Shown one piece after another: positions 40,401 through 51,377 of a stretch of DNA of 64,000 nucleotides. Source of the DNA: an uncultured Gemmatimonadales bacterium. Its GTDB lineage: Bacteria > Gemmatimonadota > Gemmatimonadetes > Gemmatimonadales > GWC2-71-9. The position numbers were made by a program, and so were the translations under genes. Numbering within the stretch: the stretch's first letter is position 1; each line of letters begins with the position of its first letter. The DNA lies in NCBI GenBank assembly GCA_963846945.1, contig CAWJXX010000005.1, positions 70,838-134,837 on the forward strand. The letters are read 5' to 3'. The notes beneath the pieces are model-generated. The model saw nothing but the letters and a program-made list of their open reading frames with translations. It did no database searches and was not told where the DNA came from.

Positions 40401-40884
40401 CTATGCGCTTGCGGCGGCGGGATCGGCCAGGGTGGCGAGGTCCTGCTTGTCCACGAAGTTGAGCGACTCGGAATTGACGCAGAAGCGAAGGCCGGTCGGC
40501 TTGGGCCCGTCAGGAAAGACGTGACCCAGGTGGCAGTCGCAGCGGGTACAGAGGATCTCGATACGGCGCATGCCGTAGGCGCGGTCCTCTTCGTTTCACG
40601 TTCTCCTCCGCGATGGGCTGGAAGAAGCTGGGCCAGCCGGTGCCGGAATTGAACTTGTTGTCCGAGGTGAAGAGCGGCAGCGCGCAGCAGATGCAGGTGT
40701 AGACACCCTCACGCTTGTTGTCGAGCAGGGTGCCGCAGAAGGGACGCTCGGTCCCCTTCCCTCGCGCGATTTCGTATTGCTCGGCCGTGAGCTGCTTCTT
40801 CCACTCGTCGTCGGTCTTGACGACCGCCGGAGACTCGACCGGACCGACGAGGAGGCCCTTGGCGTTGAAGACGCGGACTTTCAT
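40401..40884 (-). CDS. msrB: Peptide-methionine (R)-S-oxide reductase (indel near 40595)
   Basis: [21 protein letters not shown], then [24 protein letters not shown]. Confidence 0.92.
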
Positions 40885-40940
40885 GACCCAAAGCTAGCGC
40901 GCTCGTCAAGGAGCCGGTCAGGGTTGGTGAACGCGGTGTC

Positions 40941-41426
40941 CTAGAAGGGCGTTCGCCGCATGACCCAGGTGCCGTACCGGCCATTCCAGGATGTCGACGG
41001 TTGCATCCCCGACATGATTTGGGCACTCCGAATCTTGCCCACGAGCGAAATGGAACTGATGGCCATGAAACTGATGCTGTCTCCCGTCACCGGCGTGGGG
41101 TTGACTGCGGTATACACGATGTAGGGACCGCCCATGGTCACCGTGTCTCCCGGCACCCCGTTGAACTTGCAACGACTGGTGCCCCCGTCCTGCTCCTCGC
41201 CGACCCAGGTGGATTCGGGCGCGTAATAGCTGAAAAGCACCGGCCGGTTTACCCGCACACAGCTGCTGGACTGCCCGCTGAACGCAAGATCGGTCGAGTC
41301 GCTGAGATACCAGATTCCCGCGAGATCAACTGGCGACCCGGGATCCGGGCCCTCACTCGAACAGGAGCTCGCCAGCGACAGCAGGACCGTCGACGCAACT
41401 GTCAGGTCTCTCCAGCATTTCCTCAT
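40941..41426 (-). CDS. Hypothetical lipoprotein
   Basis: Signal peptide with LASSC; no family recognised. Confidence 0.55.
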   Translation of the reverse strand: MRKCWRDLTVASTVLLSLASSCSSEGPDPGSPVDLAGIWYLSDSTDLAFSGQSSSCVRVNRPVLFSYYAPESTWVGEEQDGGTSRCKFNGVPGDTVTMGGPYIVYTAVNPTPVTGDSISFMAISSISLVGKIRSAQIMSGMQPSTSWNGRYGTWVMRRTPF

Positions 41427-41803
41427 GTACCACCCGTGGTGAAGTCGCAAGGGCCTCGCCGCAAACTGTTCTTCATGAGCTGGTGGCATTGCGACGGAAA
41501 AGAATGGCGTGACGAACGGTATAGCTCCGTACCTGGCCGCAGTAGGGCTATCACTTCGACGCCCATGGAAGACCGGGACCAAACCGTCGTCGTCTGTCAC
41601 TGTGCTGGGACGGCCCGCATGGGCACCCTCACCGACCCCGGCACTTACACAGGACATTGCCCCGCGGCGTGGGCTTGGACCCTGCGGTGGGATTCCGCCC
41701 TGAGTCGGATCGCCCATGGTCAGCAGAGGTCCCGACTTGTAGCCTTCCAGGTGCCGGACCCCAGCGTTCGATTCCAACCTGAGTGAACCCCGCAGGAGTC
41801 GTC

Positions 41804-43581
41804 ATGCGCTTCAAGCGTTGCCTCTCACCAGGCAAGCGTTCGTCACAGCGTGGGTCGATCGCCCGATCGTTTGTTGCCGCGAGCATCGGTTGTGTCTTGC
41901 TCAGCGCATGTGGCGACAACTCGAGTTCGGGCCCGAGCGCGCCTGCTCCCGTCGCTACCGTGGAGATAACGCCATCATCCGACCCGGCGATATCAATTGG
42001 GGGCACCGCCCAGCTGACCGCCAGTCTCAAGGGTGCCAGCGGCCAGACGTTGACCAATCGAGTGATTTCCTGGACGAGCTCCGATGGTCAGGTGGCCCGA
42101 GTCTCGTCCGATGGGCTGGTGACTGCCTACGAGTCCGGGATCATCACCATTGTGGCGACGAGCGAGGGAAAGTCTGCACAAATGCAGATGTTGATTCACA
42201 CCGGCCAGCCGGTAGCGTTGGTGGAGATCGTACCGGACGGGAAACCGGTGCTGGCTGGCTCCCTCTTCTCCCTCAATATCATCGCGCGTGATGCGTCGAG
42301 CACTACGTTGCCGAACATACAAGCCGCCTGGACCTCGCTTGATCCCGCAGCGGCGAAGCTGGACGACCATGCCACGCTCGTCAACGACTTTCTGCCATAC
42401 ATCACGGTTGGTCCCGCAGGAACCGCGCGGATCAGCGCAAACGTTGATGGAATCATTCAGGAAGAATCTTTTCCGATCAGCCAGGCAACCTGGACGGACA
42501 TCTCTGGAGGGACTTCCTTCACATGTGGCCTGACGGTCGCGGGAGTGGCCTACTGCTGGGGAAGAGGAGGTGGTGGGACCCTCGGGACCGGAACCACGGC
42601 CGATCAGGACGCCCCCACGCTCGTCGCGGGCGGCATGACATTCAGCAAGGTGAGCGCCGGTGGCGACATTGCGTGCGGAATCGCGGCCGGAGGAGTCGTG
42701 TACTGCTGGGGGGCGCAGAATGGTCGCGGCGTGAGCGAGGGTGCCCCTCCCCAGGTCAACGTGCCGACTCTCGTCTCCGGACTGGCCCAGTCGGTTGCAA
42801 TCACTGCAGGGCTGGACCACGCATGCGCACTCGAGACTGACGGCATCGCATACTGTTGGGGACAGAACCTGACGGGACAAGCCGGAACAGGGACCGGACT
42901 GACAAGAGGAGATCCGGTCACAGTCGCGGGTGCTCGTCACTTCGCCCAGATCTCTGCCGGGCCGGCTCCATACCTGCGGCGTTACAGTGGAAGGGGCCAT
43001 CTACTGTTGGGGCTCGGACGAACACGGTCAGCTCGGCAACGACGCGAGCTTCCACTGCCTGCCCTGGGACTCGACAGTGCAATGCAGTTACTACCCTCTG
43101 CCCGTTTCCAGCACCCTCACCTTCACCTCCGTCTCGGCAGGCTTCGACCATACCTGTGCGCTCGCTACAGACGGTACGGCGTGGTGCTGGGGTTCCAGCG
43201 CCACGGGTGCGCTCGGTCACGGCCCGACCGCGGGTCTCGACATCAGGACGCCGGTCGTGGTCGAAAGGAGGTCTGCACTTCAAGGCGATATCCGCCGGCA
43301 AGTGGTTTACCTGCGGGCTCACCACTGATGGCCAGGCTTATTGCTGGGGGGCCAACGATGCATACCAGATGGGGAACAGCACCGCGCCACTCAACGGCGC
43401 CGTCACCAGCCCCGTCCCGGTCGCAACCTCCGAGCGGTTTGTCAGCATCGATGCAGGGGAGCACCACACCTGCGCCACCACGGCGGACGGCGTCGCCTGG
43501 TGCTGGGGAACCAGCGGCCTTTGGAAGCCGGGACGAGGGCAGCCCGGGGGGTATGATTCACCGGTCCGGGTGCCAGGCTGA
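41804..43581 (+). CDS. Lipoprotein with an Ig-like (Big_2) domain and RCC1 repeats (indels near 42960 and 43270)
   Basis: LSAC lipobox; WTSSDGQVARVSSDGLVTA; repeated TC(G/A)...G.AYCWG units. Confidence 0.85.
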
Positions 43582-43614
43582 TGCCTTTCAGGGGTTGCCG
43601 CACGTGGGATTGCC

Positions 43615-44702
43615 ATGACGCGCTGGAATGAAAACAGGCTGACCGCACTGCTCGGGATCGAGTATCCCATCATCCAGGGCCCGCTCGGAGGCCTCTCCTC
43701 GCAGCGACTCGCTGCCATCGTTTCCAACGGAGGCGGACTGGGCTCCTTCGGCGCCCACACCCTGACTCCGGCCGCAATCGCAGAAACCGTCGATCAGGTT
43801 CGCGCGCTGACATCGAAGCCGTTTGCGGTGAATCTCTGGGTTTCGATGGAAGACGCCGGGGCCCGCGATTCGAACGAGCAGGATTTCCAGCACAGCCTTT
43901 CGCCGATCGCGCCGTTCCTGACTGAACTCGGTGCGCCGACGCCAGCGTACCAGGGCTACATCCCGGCATCGTTCGATGACCAGGCTCGTGCCGTCCTGCA
44001 GGCGAAGGTCCCCGTCTTCAGCTTCATCTTCGGCGTTCCGCCGGTCGAGCTCGTGAAGCAATGCCGGACCCTCGGGATCGTAACCATCGGCACGGCGACC
44101 ACGGTCGAGGAAGCGGTGGCGCTGGAGCGACGCGGGCATGGATGCCATCGTGGCCTCGGGCTTCGAGGCGGGCGGCCATCGGGGAGCCTTTCTCCGGCGC
44201 GCCGAAGATTCCCTGATCGGCACGATGTCGCTGGTTCCGCAGGTGGTGGATGCGGTGAAAGTGCCGGTCATCGCGGCCGGCGGCATCGCCGACGCCCGGG
44301 GCGTGATGGCTGCCCTGGCGCTCGGGGCCGAGGGAGTCCAGATCGGGACGGCCTTCCTCGCATCGGAGGAATCGGGCGCGAATCCGCTGCACCGGGCCGC
44401 ATTGCGTGGCCCGGCCGCGAGGGACACCGGCCTCACCCGCGGCTTCTCCGGGCGACTCGCCCGCGGGATCCGCAACAGGTTGATGGAGGAACTGAACCGC
44501 GACGGAACGCCGACCCTTCCCTACCCGTCTGCAGCGCGCGCTGATCAAGAGTGTTGCCGTCGCCGGCTGAGCAGGCGGGCGGTCCGACCTGATGCCGCTC
44601 TGGGCCGGACAGAGTGCGGGACTATCGACCAACCCGGATGCCGCTGCATTCCTGCACTCGCTGATCGAGAAGGTTACCGTCGCTGCCAATACCGGTCACT
44701 GA
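43615..44702 (+). CDS. Nitronate monooxygenase family flavoprotein (indels near 44130 and 44530-44580)
   Basis: YPIIQGPLGG, GGLGSFG, FEAGGHRG, VIAAGGIAD.RG, VQIGTAFL, LWAGQS. Confidence 0.9.
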
Positions 44703-44816
44703 GGACTCACCGCAACGCAGGAGCCTTTCCGGGGTAGCCTCGAAATGGGGGGTTACAACCCTCCCACCCCGTTCCGTCACCCCATGCAGTGGCCGAGAGG
44801 TCAGGAGAGGTGTCCC

Positions 44817-45263
44817 ATGCGAGCTATTCCCAGCATTCTCATCGTCGGCGTCGCCGTAGCAGGTCTGGCGGGCGCGTCGGCCGCATTCAAGCCGGAATGG
44901 AAAACCCAGTTGAAGCCGGTCGCTGGTTCGGGAATCACCGGCGAGGCTGAAGTCGAGGAAAAGGGCAAGAACGAAAGTGAGGCCGAAATCAGCATCAAGG
45001 GGGCAACGGCCGGCGCGGAGTTGCCGTGGCACGTTCACTCGGGGAAGTGCGGGACCGGTGGCGGCATCGTCGGCCCGGCCACGGCCTACAAGCCGCTCAA
45101 GGTGGGCAAGGATGGCAAGGCCAAGGAAGAAGCCAAGCTCGCCATGGCGACGCCAACGGCAGGAGACTATTCCGTGAACGTCCACAAGTCCGCTGCAGAC
45201 GAGAAGACGATCGTGGCGTGCGGCGACCTGGCGCTGGACACGGGCGGCAAGTCCGGGTACTGA
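44817..45263 (+). CDS. Small secreted protein with a CHRD/Cu-Zn SOD-like His motif
   Basis: Signal peptide; PWHVHSGKC...YSVNVHKS...VACGDL. Confidence 0.65.
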   Translation: MRAIPSILIVGVAVAGLAGASAAFKPEWKTQLKPVAGSGITGEAEVEEKGKNESEAEISIKGATAGAELPWHVHSGKCGTGGGIVGPATAYKPLKVGKDGKAKEEAKLAMATPTAGDYSVNVHKSAADEKTIVACGDLALDTGGKSGY

Positions 45264-45293
45264 CCGCGCAGGATGGGCGATTCCACCATGAAG

Positions 45294-45334
45294 GAGCGGG
45301 GCGACCAGTGTACTGATCGCCCCGCTCTGATTTT
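45294..45334 (+). terminator. Probable intrinsic terminator
   Basis: GAGCGGGGCGA...TCGCCCCGCTC followed by tgatttt. Confidence 0.55.
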
Positions 45335-45417
45335 CTGCTGCAATCTTGCGGGACCTGCAACCGCCAACTTGATTGACGCTGAGAAGTGCCAACCGGGTCA
45401 TTGATCAGGAGAACAGC

Positions 45418-47232
45418 GTGAAATTCGGCATGCTGGGTTCGAGCGCCGTCGTGGTACTCAGTCTGGCGCTTGTCACCGGCGCCATGCTCGGAGGATGCCG
45501 CGCTCGAGGGAGTGACGCCAGCAACTGGAAGCAGCGCGCCCGACAGCACGAAGAATGTGACCGTCGCGACCACACCGGCGTGTGCGAGCGACAACGGCGG
45601 GCTGACACTGCCCGCCGGGTTCTGCGCCACCGTCTTTGCCGACAGCATCGGGCACGCGCGGCACCTCACCGTCGCTTCCGATGGCACGGTCTACGTGAAC
45701 ACGTGGAGCGGGGAGTACTACGGCAAGGACAAGCCTCACGCCGGCGGCTTCCTGGTGGCACTGCGTGATACGACGGCCGACGGCCGGGCGGATGTCATTG
45801 CCCGGTTCGGGGACAGCGTCGCGAGCGGCGGCCATGGCGGCACCGGGATCGCGCTGTACCAGGGCGCGCTGTACGCCGAGTCGAATGACAGGATCCTGCG
45901 ATACGCGGTGGCGCCCGGAAGCTCTGGCGCCGACCGCGGCGCCGGAGGTGATCGTCGACGGCCTGCCGCTCACCGGCGACCACCCCATGCATCCCTTCGC
46001 GATGGACTCGAGCGGGGGCATGTATGTGGACCTTGGCTCCGCGTCGAATGCCTGCCAGCTCAAGAATCGGATCGCGCTCTCGCCGGGAAACGATCCATGC
46101 ACCGAGCTGGAGACCCGCGGGGGCATCTGGCGCTACGACGCGAACCAGCCCGGGCAGCATTTCTCGCCGAAGGAGCGATACGCGACTGGCATCCGGAACG
46201 CTGTCGGCATCGCGGTGGACGCAGCAGGCCAGGTCTATTCCACCCAGCATGGACGGGACCAGCTCGCGGAGAACTGGCCCAAGCTCTACACCGCGGCTCA
46301 AGGCCAGAACTTTCCCGCTGAAGAGTTGCTGCGGATCGAGAAGGGCGCGGATTTCGGCTGGCCGGAATGCTACTTCGATTCGGCCCAGGTGAAGCTGGTG
46401 CTCGCACCCGAGTACGGCGGTGATGGCGGCAAGGCGATCGGACCGTGCGCAAAGAAGCAGGCGCCCGCGGCGTATTTCCCGGCTCACTGGGCGCCGGACG
46501 CGCTGCTCTTCTACAGCGACAGCCTTTTTCCAGCGCCGTATCATGGCGGGGCATTCATCGCGTTTCACGGGTCCTGGAACCGTGCACCAGGGCCTCAAGG
46601 CGGATACAACGTGGTGTACGTACCCTTCGCCATGGGAAAGCCCACGGGGCAATACGAAGTCTTCGCCGACGGGTTTGCCGGGGCGAAGAAGGACCCTGGC
46701 AAGGCAGCCCATCGCCCAGCGGGACTCGCTGTGGGGCCTGATGGAGCGTTGTACATCAGCGATGACCTGCACGGGCGCATCTGGCGGGTGGTGTATGGTG
46801 GCGGGCGCTGTCCCGGCGCCCACTGCATCGGTCAGTCCGCCCGAAGGCATCCACCCCGATGCGGGCGTGAACCCGGGCGGCACCGGGCCGGGCGTTGCGG
46901 AATCACTGAGTGCCGCAGCGAAGGCCGCCGGCATCACGCCAGCGATGGTGGCACTGGGAGACAGTGTCTATCACGGCCAGGTCGCCAACGGCACGTGCGC
47001 CGGCTGTCACGGCAGCGACGCGAAGGGGTCGCCGCTCGCGCCCGACCTGACCGACAACAAGTGGTTGTGGAGTGATGGGAGCTATCAGTCGATCGTGAAG
47101 ACGATCAAGGCAGGGGTGCCGGCCCCGAAGGAGCACACCGGTGTCATGCCGCCCATGGGCGGGGCGCAACTCACGCCGTCGCAGGTCGGGGCTGTGGGTG
47201 CGTATGTGTTCGCGCTGAGCCACCCCAACTGA
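45418..47232 (+). CDS. PQQ-dependent sugar/sorbosone dehydrogenase (beta-propeller) fused to C-terminal cytochrome c (several indels)
   Basis: LTLPAGFCATVFA, YATGIRN.VG, QHGRDQL, FGWP.CY, AFHGSWNR, GPDGALYISDD; CAGCH heme motif with MPPMG. Confidence 0.85.
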
Positions 47233-47295
47233 ACAGGCAAGCGCCCCGGACAGCACCGGCTTGAGTACGGCGGTGCTGCCCGGTTTGCAAACCGG

Positions 47296-47709
47296 CTACC
47301 GCCTCCTTGCCCGACGCCTCACCGCCTTCCTGGCGACGCGACGCTTCACGGCCTTCTTCGCCACGCGACGCTTTACGGCCTTCTTCGCGACGCGACGCTT
47401 CACGGCCCGGCGCTTGAGGGCCTTCTTCGCAACCCGGCGCTTGACGGCCTTCTTTGCAACGGCCCTCTTCACCACGCGACGCTTCACGGCCTTCTTCGCG
47501 ATGCGACGCTTCACGGCCTTCTTCGCGACGCGACGCTTCACAGCCCGGCGCTTGAGGGCCTTCTTCGCAACCCGCCGCTTGACGGCCTTCTTCGCAATGG
47601 CCTTCTTCACCAGGCGACGCTTCAGCGCCTGCTTCACCACTCTCCGACGCAACGCATCCTCGAGCTCTCCGCCCCCGTCCTCACCCAACATGCTCATCAT
47701 GTCAGCCAT
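47296..47709 (-). CDS. Lys/Arg/Ala/Val-rich histone H1/Hc2-like repeat protein
   Basis: RBS GGAGGAG; short acidic leader followed by repeated KKAVKRRVA-type units with synonymous codon variation. Confidence 0.8.
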   Translation of the reverse strand: MADMMSMLGEDGGGELEDALRRRVVKQALKRRLVKKAIAKKAVKRRVAKKALKRRAVKRRVAKKAVKRRIAKKAVKRRVVKRAVAKKAVKRRVAKKALKRRAVKRRVAKKAVKRRVAKKAVKRRVARKAVRRRARRR

Positions 47710-47815
47710 GATCTCGCTCCTCCACTTTGAATGCCGTTCGCGGGCGTGTTGCGACTGCGTCTGGAACCATAAGAGGAGCCAGCCAGATGTAAAGCGGCAA
47801 TTGGCAGAAAACGGA

Positions 47816-47847
47816 AGCGGGGCGACCGATCCCTCGGTCGCCCCGCT
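47816..47847 (-). terminator. Terminator after rplS, possibly bidirectional
   Basis: AGCGGGGCGACCGA-tccc-TCGGTCGCCCCGCT flanked by A and T runs. Confidence 0.7.
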
Positions 47848-47874
47848 CGCTTTTCCCTGCCATTTGAAGCCGCT

Positions 47875-48221
47875 CTACGCGTCGCGCTTTTCCCGGATGC
47901 GGGCCGCCTTGCCGCTCAGCGCACGCAGGTAGTAGAGCTTCGCGCGGCGGACCTGGCCGCGGCGCACCACCTCGACCGTCGCGATCGACGGGCTGTGCAT
48001 CGGGAAGATGCGCTCGACGCCCACGCCCGCCGATACCTTGCGGACCGTGAAGTTCTCGCTGACCCCACCGCCCCGCTTCGCGATGACGATCCCCTCGAAC
48101 GCCTGGAGGCGCTCCTTGTCACCCTCACGCACGCGCACCATGACGCGGATGGTGTCGCCGGCCCCGAAGCCCGGAAGTCGCTGCGCAATCCTTCCCGGCT
48201 CAGTTCAATCATGTCCTGCAT
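47875..48221 (-). CDS. rplS: 50S ribosomal protein L19 (indel near 48175)
   Basis: [41 protein letters not shown]. Confidence 0.96.
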
Positions 48222-48289
48222 GGTCGTATCCTCGTCTGGTGTCCGTGTACTGCGCAGAGGGCGCGAAGGGCGCAGAACGCGCCGAATAC

Positions 48290-49027
48290 TCACTCGCCGT
48301 GCTCGTGCGCCGCCCAGAGATCGGGCCGGCGGTCCTTCGTCAACTTCTCAGCCTTCTCGCGGCGCCATGCCTCGATCTTCGCATGGTTGCCGCTCAACAA
48401 CTCGTCCGGAACCTTCATCCCGCGATACTCAGGCGGCCGGGTATAGCTCGGCGGGCTGAGCAATCCATCGTAGTGCGAGTCGCTGCTGGCCGACTCATGA
48501 TCCCCCAGCACCCCGGGCAGCAATCGCACCACCGCGTCGATGATGCAGAGCGCCGCCGGCTCACCACCCGTGAGGACGAAGTCACCCAGGGACAGCTCCT
48601 CCGTCGCCAGCCCCTCGGCCACCCGCTGGTCCACGTCCTTGTAGTGGCCGCAGAGCAACGTGACCTGGCTCTCCAGGGAGAGCCGCACCGCATCGGCGTG
48701 CCCGAACTTCCTTCCCCGCGCCGAGAGGAGGATGACCGGTCCGGTACGCGGACCCAGGCTCTCCACCGCCTCGAAGAACGGCTCCGGCTTGAGCACCATC
48801 CCCGCCCCGCCACCATAGGGATAGTCGTCCACCGTGTTGTGCCTGTCGTGCGTGAAGTCCCGGAGCTGAACCAGCCCGAACTCCACCTTTCCGGCCTGCC
48901 GCGCGCGTCCCGTGATGCTGGCCGAGAGATACGGCTCGAAGACCTCGGGGAACAGCGTTACGACATCGATTCGCAGACGGTCGTGAGTCGTGAGTCGTGA
49001 GTCGTGAGCAGCTGATTCCTCACTCAT
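48290..49027 (-). CDS. trmD: tRNA (guanine37-N1)-methyltransferase
   Basis: IDVVTLFPE, VDDYPYGGGAGMVLKPEP, SLGDFVLTGGE, YTRP, LLSGNH. Confidence 0.96.
   Translation of the reverse strand: MSEESAAHDSRLTTHDRLRIDVVTLFPEVFEPYLSASITGRARQAGKVEFGLVQLRDFTHDRHNTVDDYPYGGGAGMVLKPEPFFEAVESLGPRTGPVILLSARGRKFGHADAVRLSLESQVTLLCGHYKDVDQRVAEGLATEELSLGDFVLTGGEPAALCIIDAVVRLLPGVLGDHESASSDSHYDGLLSPPSYTRPPEYRGMKVPDELLSGNHAKIEAWRREKAEKLTKDRRPDLWAAHEHGE
48981..49008 (+). repeat. Heptamer tandem repeat (TCGTGAG)x4 inside the trmD N-terminus
   Basis: Read directly; related (T/C)CG(G/T)GAG units at 49269-49289 in rimM. Confidence 0.85.
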
Positions 49028-49555
49028 CGATCAGCCCATCCGGTGGCGTGACGATCAGCCGTCGCGCTTCCCGATCGACCTCGGGCACGAACTCCTTCTT
49101 GAACGGCAACAGGAACTCACGCTTCGGTCCCTGCACCTCGATCAGGATCCCGCGCGCCGGTCTCGTACCACGCCGTTACCAGTCCGAGCGCCGTTCCATC
49201 GGGCTGTCCGCACCGCGAAGCCCTCGAGCTCGTGCAGCCAGACTTCACCGTCGGACGGGGCGCCGGAGCCGGGAGTCGGGAGTCGTGAGAAAAAGACCCC
49301 TGACCCACTCCGACGTCCTCGACCCGATCCATCCCCTTGAACTTCAGCAGCCATTCGCGATGGTAGGGCTTGGCTCCACTCCACCGTCAGCGGCTCACCG
49401 ACGAACTCACCTGCGAGATCCTTGACCCACACTTCCTGGCCGGCCGCGAACACCTTGTCAGGATCATTCGTGAGCGGAAAGACCGTGACATTCCCTTCAG
49501 ACCCGTGCGGCTTGCGGAGCCGTCCCACCACCAGGTGGCGGACCGGTTCCGTCAT
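49020..49555 (-). CDS. rimM: Ribosome maturation factor RimM (several indels)
   Basis: VVGRLRKPHG, WLHELEGF, ...PPDGLIDE; lies between rpsP and trmD. Confidence 0.9.
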
Positions 49556-49825
49556 CACTTGGTCGCGCGCCCCTGCAGCCAGACGCCCGGCGTTCTTCAG
49601 CAGCGCAATGACGGTGTCAGTCGGGGTGGCGCCGCGCGCGATCCAGTCCTTGGCCTTGTCCACGTCGAGAACGATCTTCTCGGCGGGCGTGGCGCCCTTC
49701 GGGTTGTACGTGCCGAGAATCTCGATGAACCGCCCATCGCGCGGAGACTGCTGGTCGGCGACGACAATACGGTACAGCGGGAGCTTCTTGCGACCGACGC
49801 GGCGAAGACGAATGCGAGTAGCCAT
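49555..49825 (-). CDS. rpsP: 30S ribosomal protein S16 (indel near the 3' end)
   Basis: MATRIRLRRVGRKKLPLYRIVVAD..SPRDGRFIEILGTYNP. Confidence 0.96.
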
Positions 49826-49911
49826 GCTGTTCAACTTCCTCTCGTGAAGTGCTTCCAGACAACGTTGACCTGTACGGACGAAACTCATACCACGATCGCG
49901 GAACCCGCGAG

Positions 49912-51251
49912 CTAGCCCGGGAAACCCCTTCCCCAAACGGAAGTCGCATGCCCGGCTTCCCTGCCGACTTCATCATCTTCTGCATCTGCTTGAACTGCGT
50001 CAGCAGCTGAATTCACTTCCTGCACCGTACGACCTGAACCCTTGGCCACGCGGATCTTGCGCGGTTGCCGTTGAGCAGGTCGGGATTCCTTCCGTTCCTT
50101 CGCCGTCATGCGAGAGCACGATCGCCTCGACATGCTTGACGCGCTTCTCGTCCAGGTTGGCCGATCTTGAGCGTCTGCGCATTCATGCCCGGCAGCATGC
50201 CCAGGACATTCTTGAGCGGCCCCATCTTCTGCATCTGCCGCATGGCCGCGAGGAAGTCGTCCAGATCGAGCGACTTCTTCTGGCCCATCTTCTTCGCGAG
50301 CTCTCGGCTTCCTTCTCGTCGACCGTGGCCTGGGCCTGCTCCACGAGCGAGAGGATATCGCCCTGCTGCAGAATGCGGCCCGCCAAGCGGTCGGGATGGA
50401 ACGGCTCGAGCGCGTCGAGCTTCTCGCCGACACCGATGTACTTGATCGGCGCCTTCGTGATGCCGTAGACGGAGAGCGCGGCACCGCCGCGGGCTGTCGC
50501 CGTCCATCTTGGTCAGGATGACGCCGGTAATGCCGAGCGCGTCATGGAAACCCTTCGCCACGCGCACCGCGTCCTGGCCCGTCATGCCGTCGGCCACGAA
50601 GAGGATTTCATGAGGAGTGACGGCGGACTTGAGCTTCCGCAGTTCATTCATCATCTCTTCGTCGATCTGCAACCGGCCCGCGGTGTCGATGATGACGGTG
50701 CGCGCGCGATCCTTCGCGCTGCGGCAATGCCCGCCTCACGAGCTTCACCACGTCCTTCTCGCCCGGCGCCATGGTAGACGCCGACCTGCGCCTGGCCCGC
50801 GAGCGTCGCCAGCTGCTCGGCGGCGGCGGGACGATAGACATCGGCCGCGACCAGGAACGGCGCCTTCTGCTCCAGCTTCAACCGCTTCGCGAGCTTGCCC
50901 GCGGTGGTGGTCTTGCCGGATCCCTGCAGGCCGACCACGAGGATGATCGTGGGCGGCACCGACGCAAAGGCGAGCGGCGCGGACTTCTCGCCGAGCAGCG
51001 TGACCAGCTCGTCGTAGACGATCTTGACGAGTCTGGTGCCCGGGGCGGACATCCTTGATCTGCAGCGCGCCAACGGCGCGCGCCTGCACTTTTTCGAGAA
51101 ACTCGCGGGTGAGTTCGAAGCTGACGTCGGCTTCGAGCAGGATCCGGCGAACTTCGCGCAAACCCTCGCGGACAGCATCCTCAGTGAGGACGCCACGACC
51201 GGCCAATTGGCGCAGTGTGGCGGTCAGCTTTCCGGAGAGCTCGTCGAACAT
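49912..51251 (-). CDS. ffh: Signal recognition particle protein (many indels)
   Basis: [60 protein letters not shown]-domain. Confidence 0.95.
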
Positions 51252-51377
51252 AAGCCTCGGAAGATAGCGGGGTTACGGGGCTTCTTCAAGTTCCGCGTGC
51301 AGCGGGGCGTGTATTGAGCCGGGGTGGATGGGCCTCCCACCCCGGCTCTGGAAAGCCCCGCCGTTAGGTTTCTGAAC

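Noticed and set aside
29765..40884. Selenocysteine recoding in the FdhF-like gene or msrB
   Set aside because: Both have ordinary Cys codons at the relevant motifs and no in-frame TGA.
40900..43600. Possible horizontally acquired segment (looks slightly lower in GC by eye)
   Set aside because: Could not be quantified here, and no mobility gene or boundary repeat was seen.
47296..47650. CRISPR array or antisense ORF (47261-47932 +) in the repetitive tract
   Set aside because: Repeats are contiguous with no unique spacers, vary at synonymous positions of the minus-strand frame, and no cas genes are present.
51316..51348. Hairpin upstream of ffh as SRP RNA or an eighth attenuator
   Set aside because: It lacks the SRP GGAA tetraloop and AGCAG internal loop, has no U tract and has no competing P2 stem.
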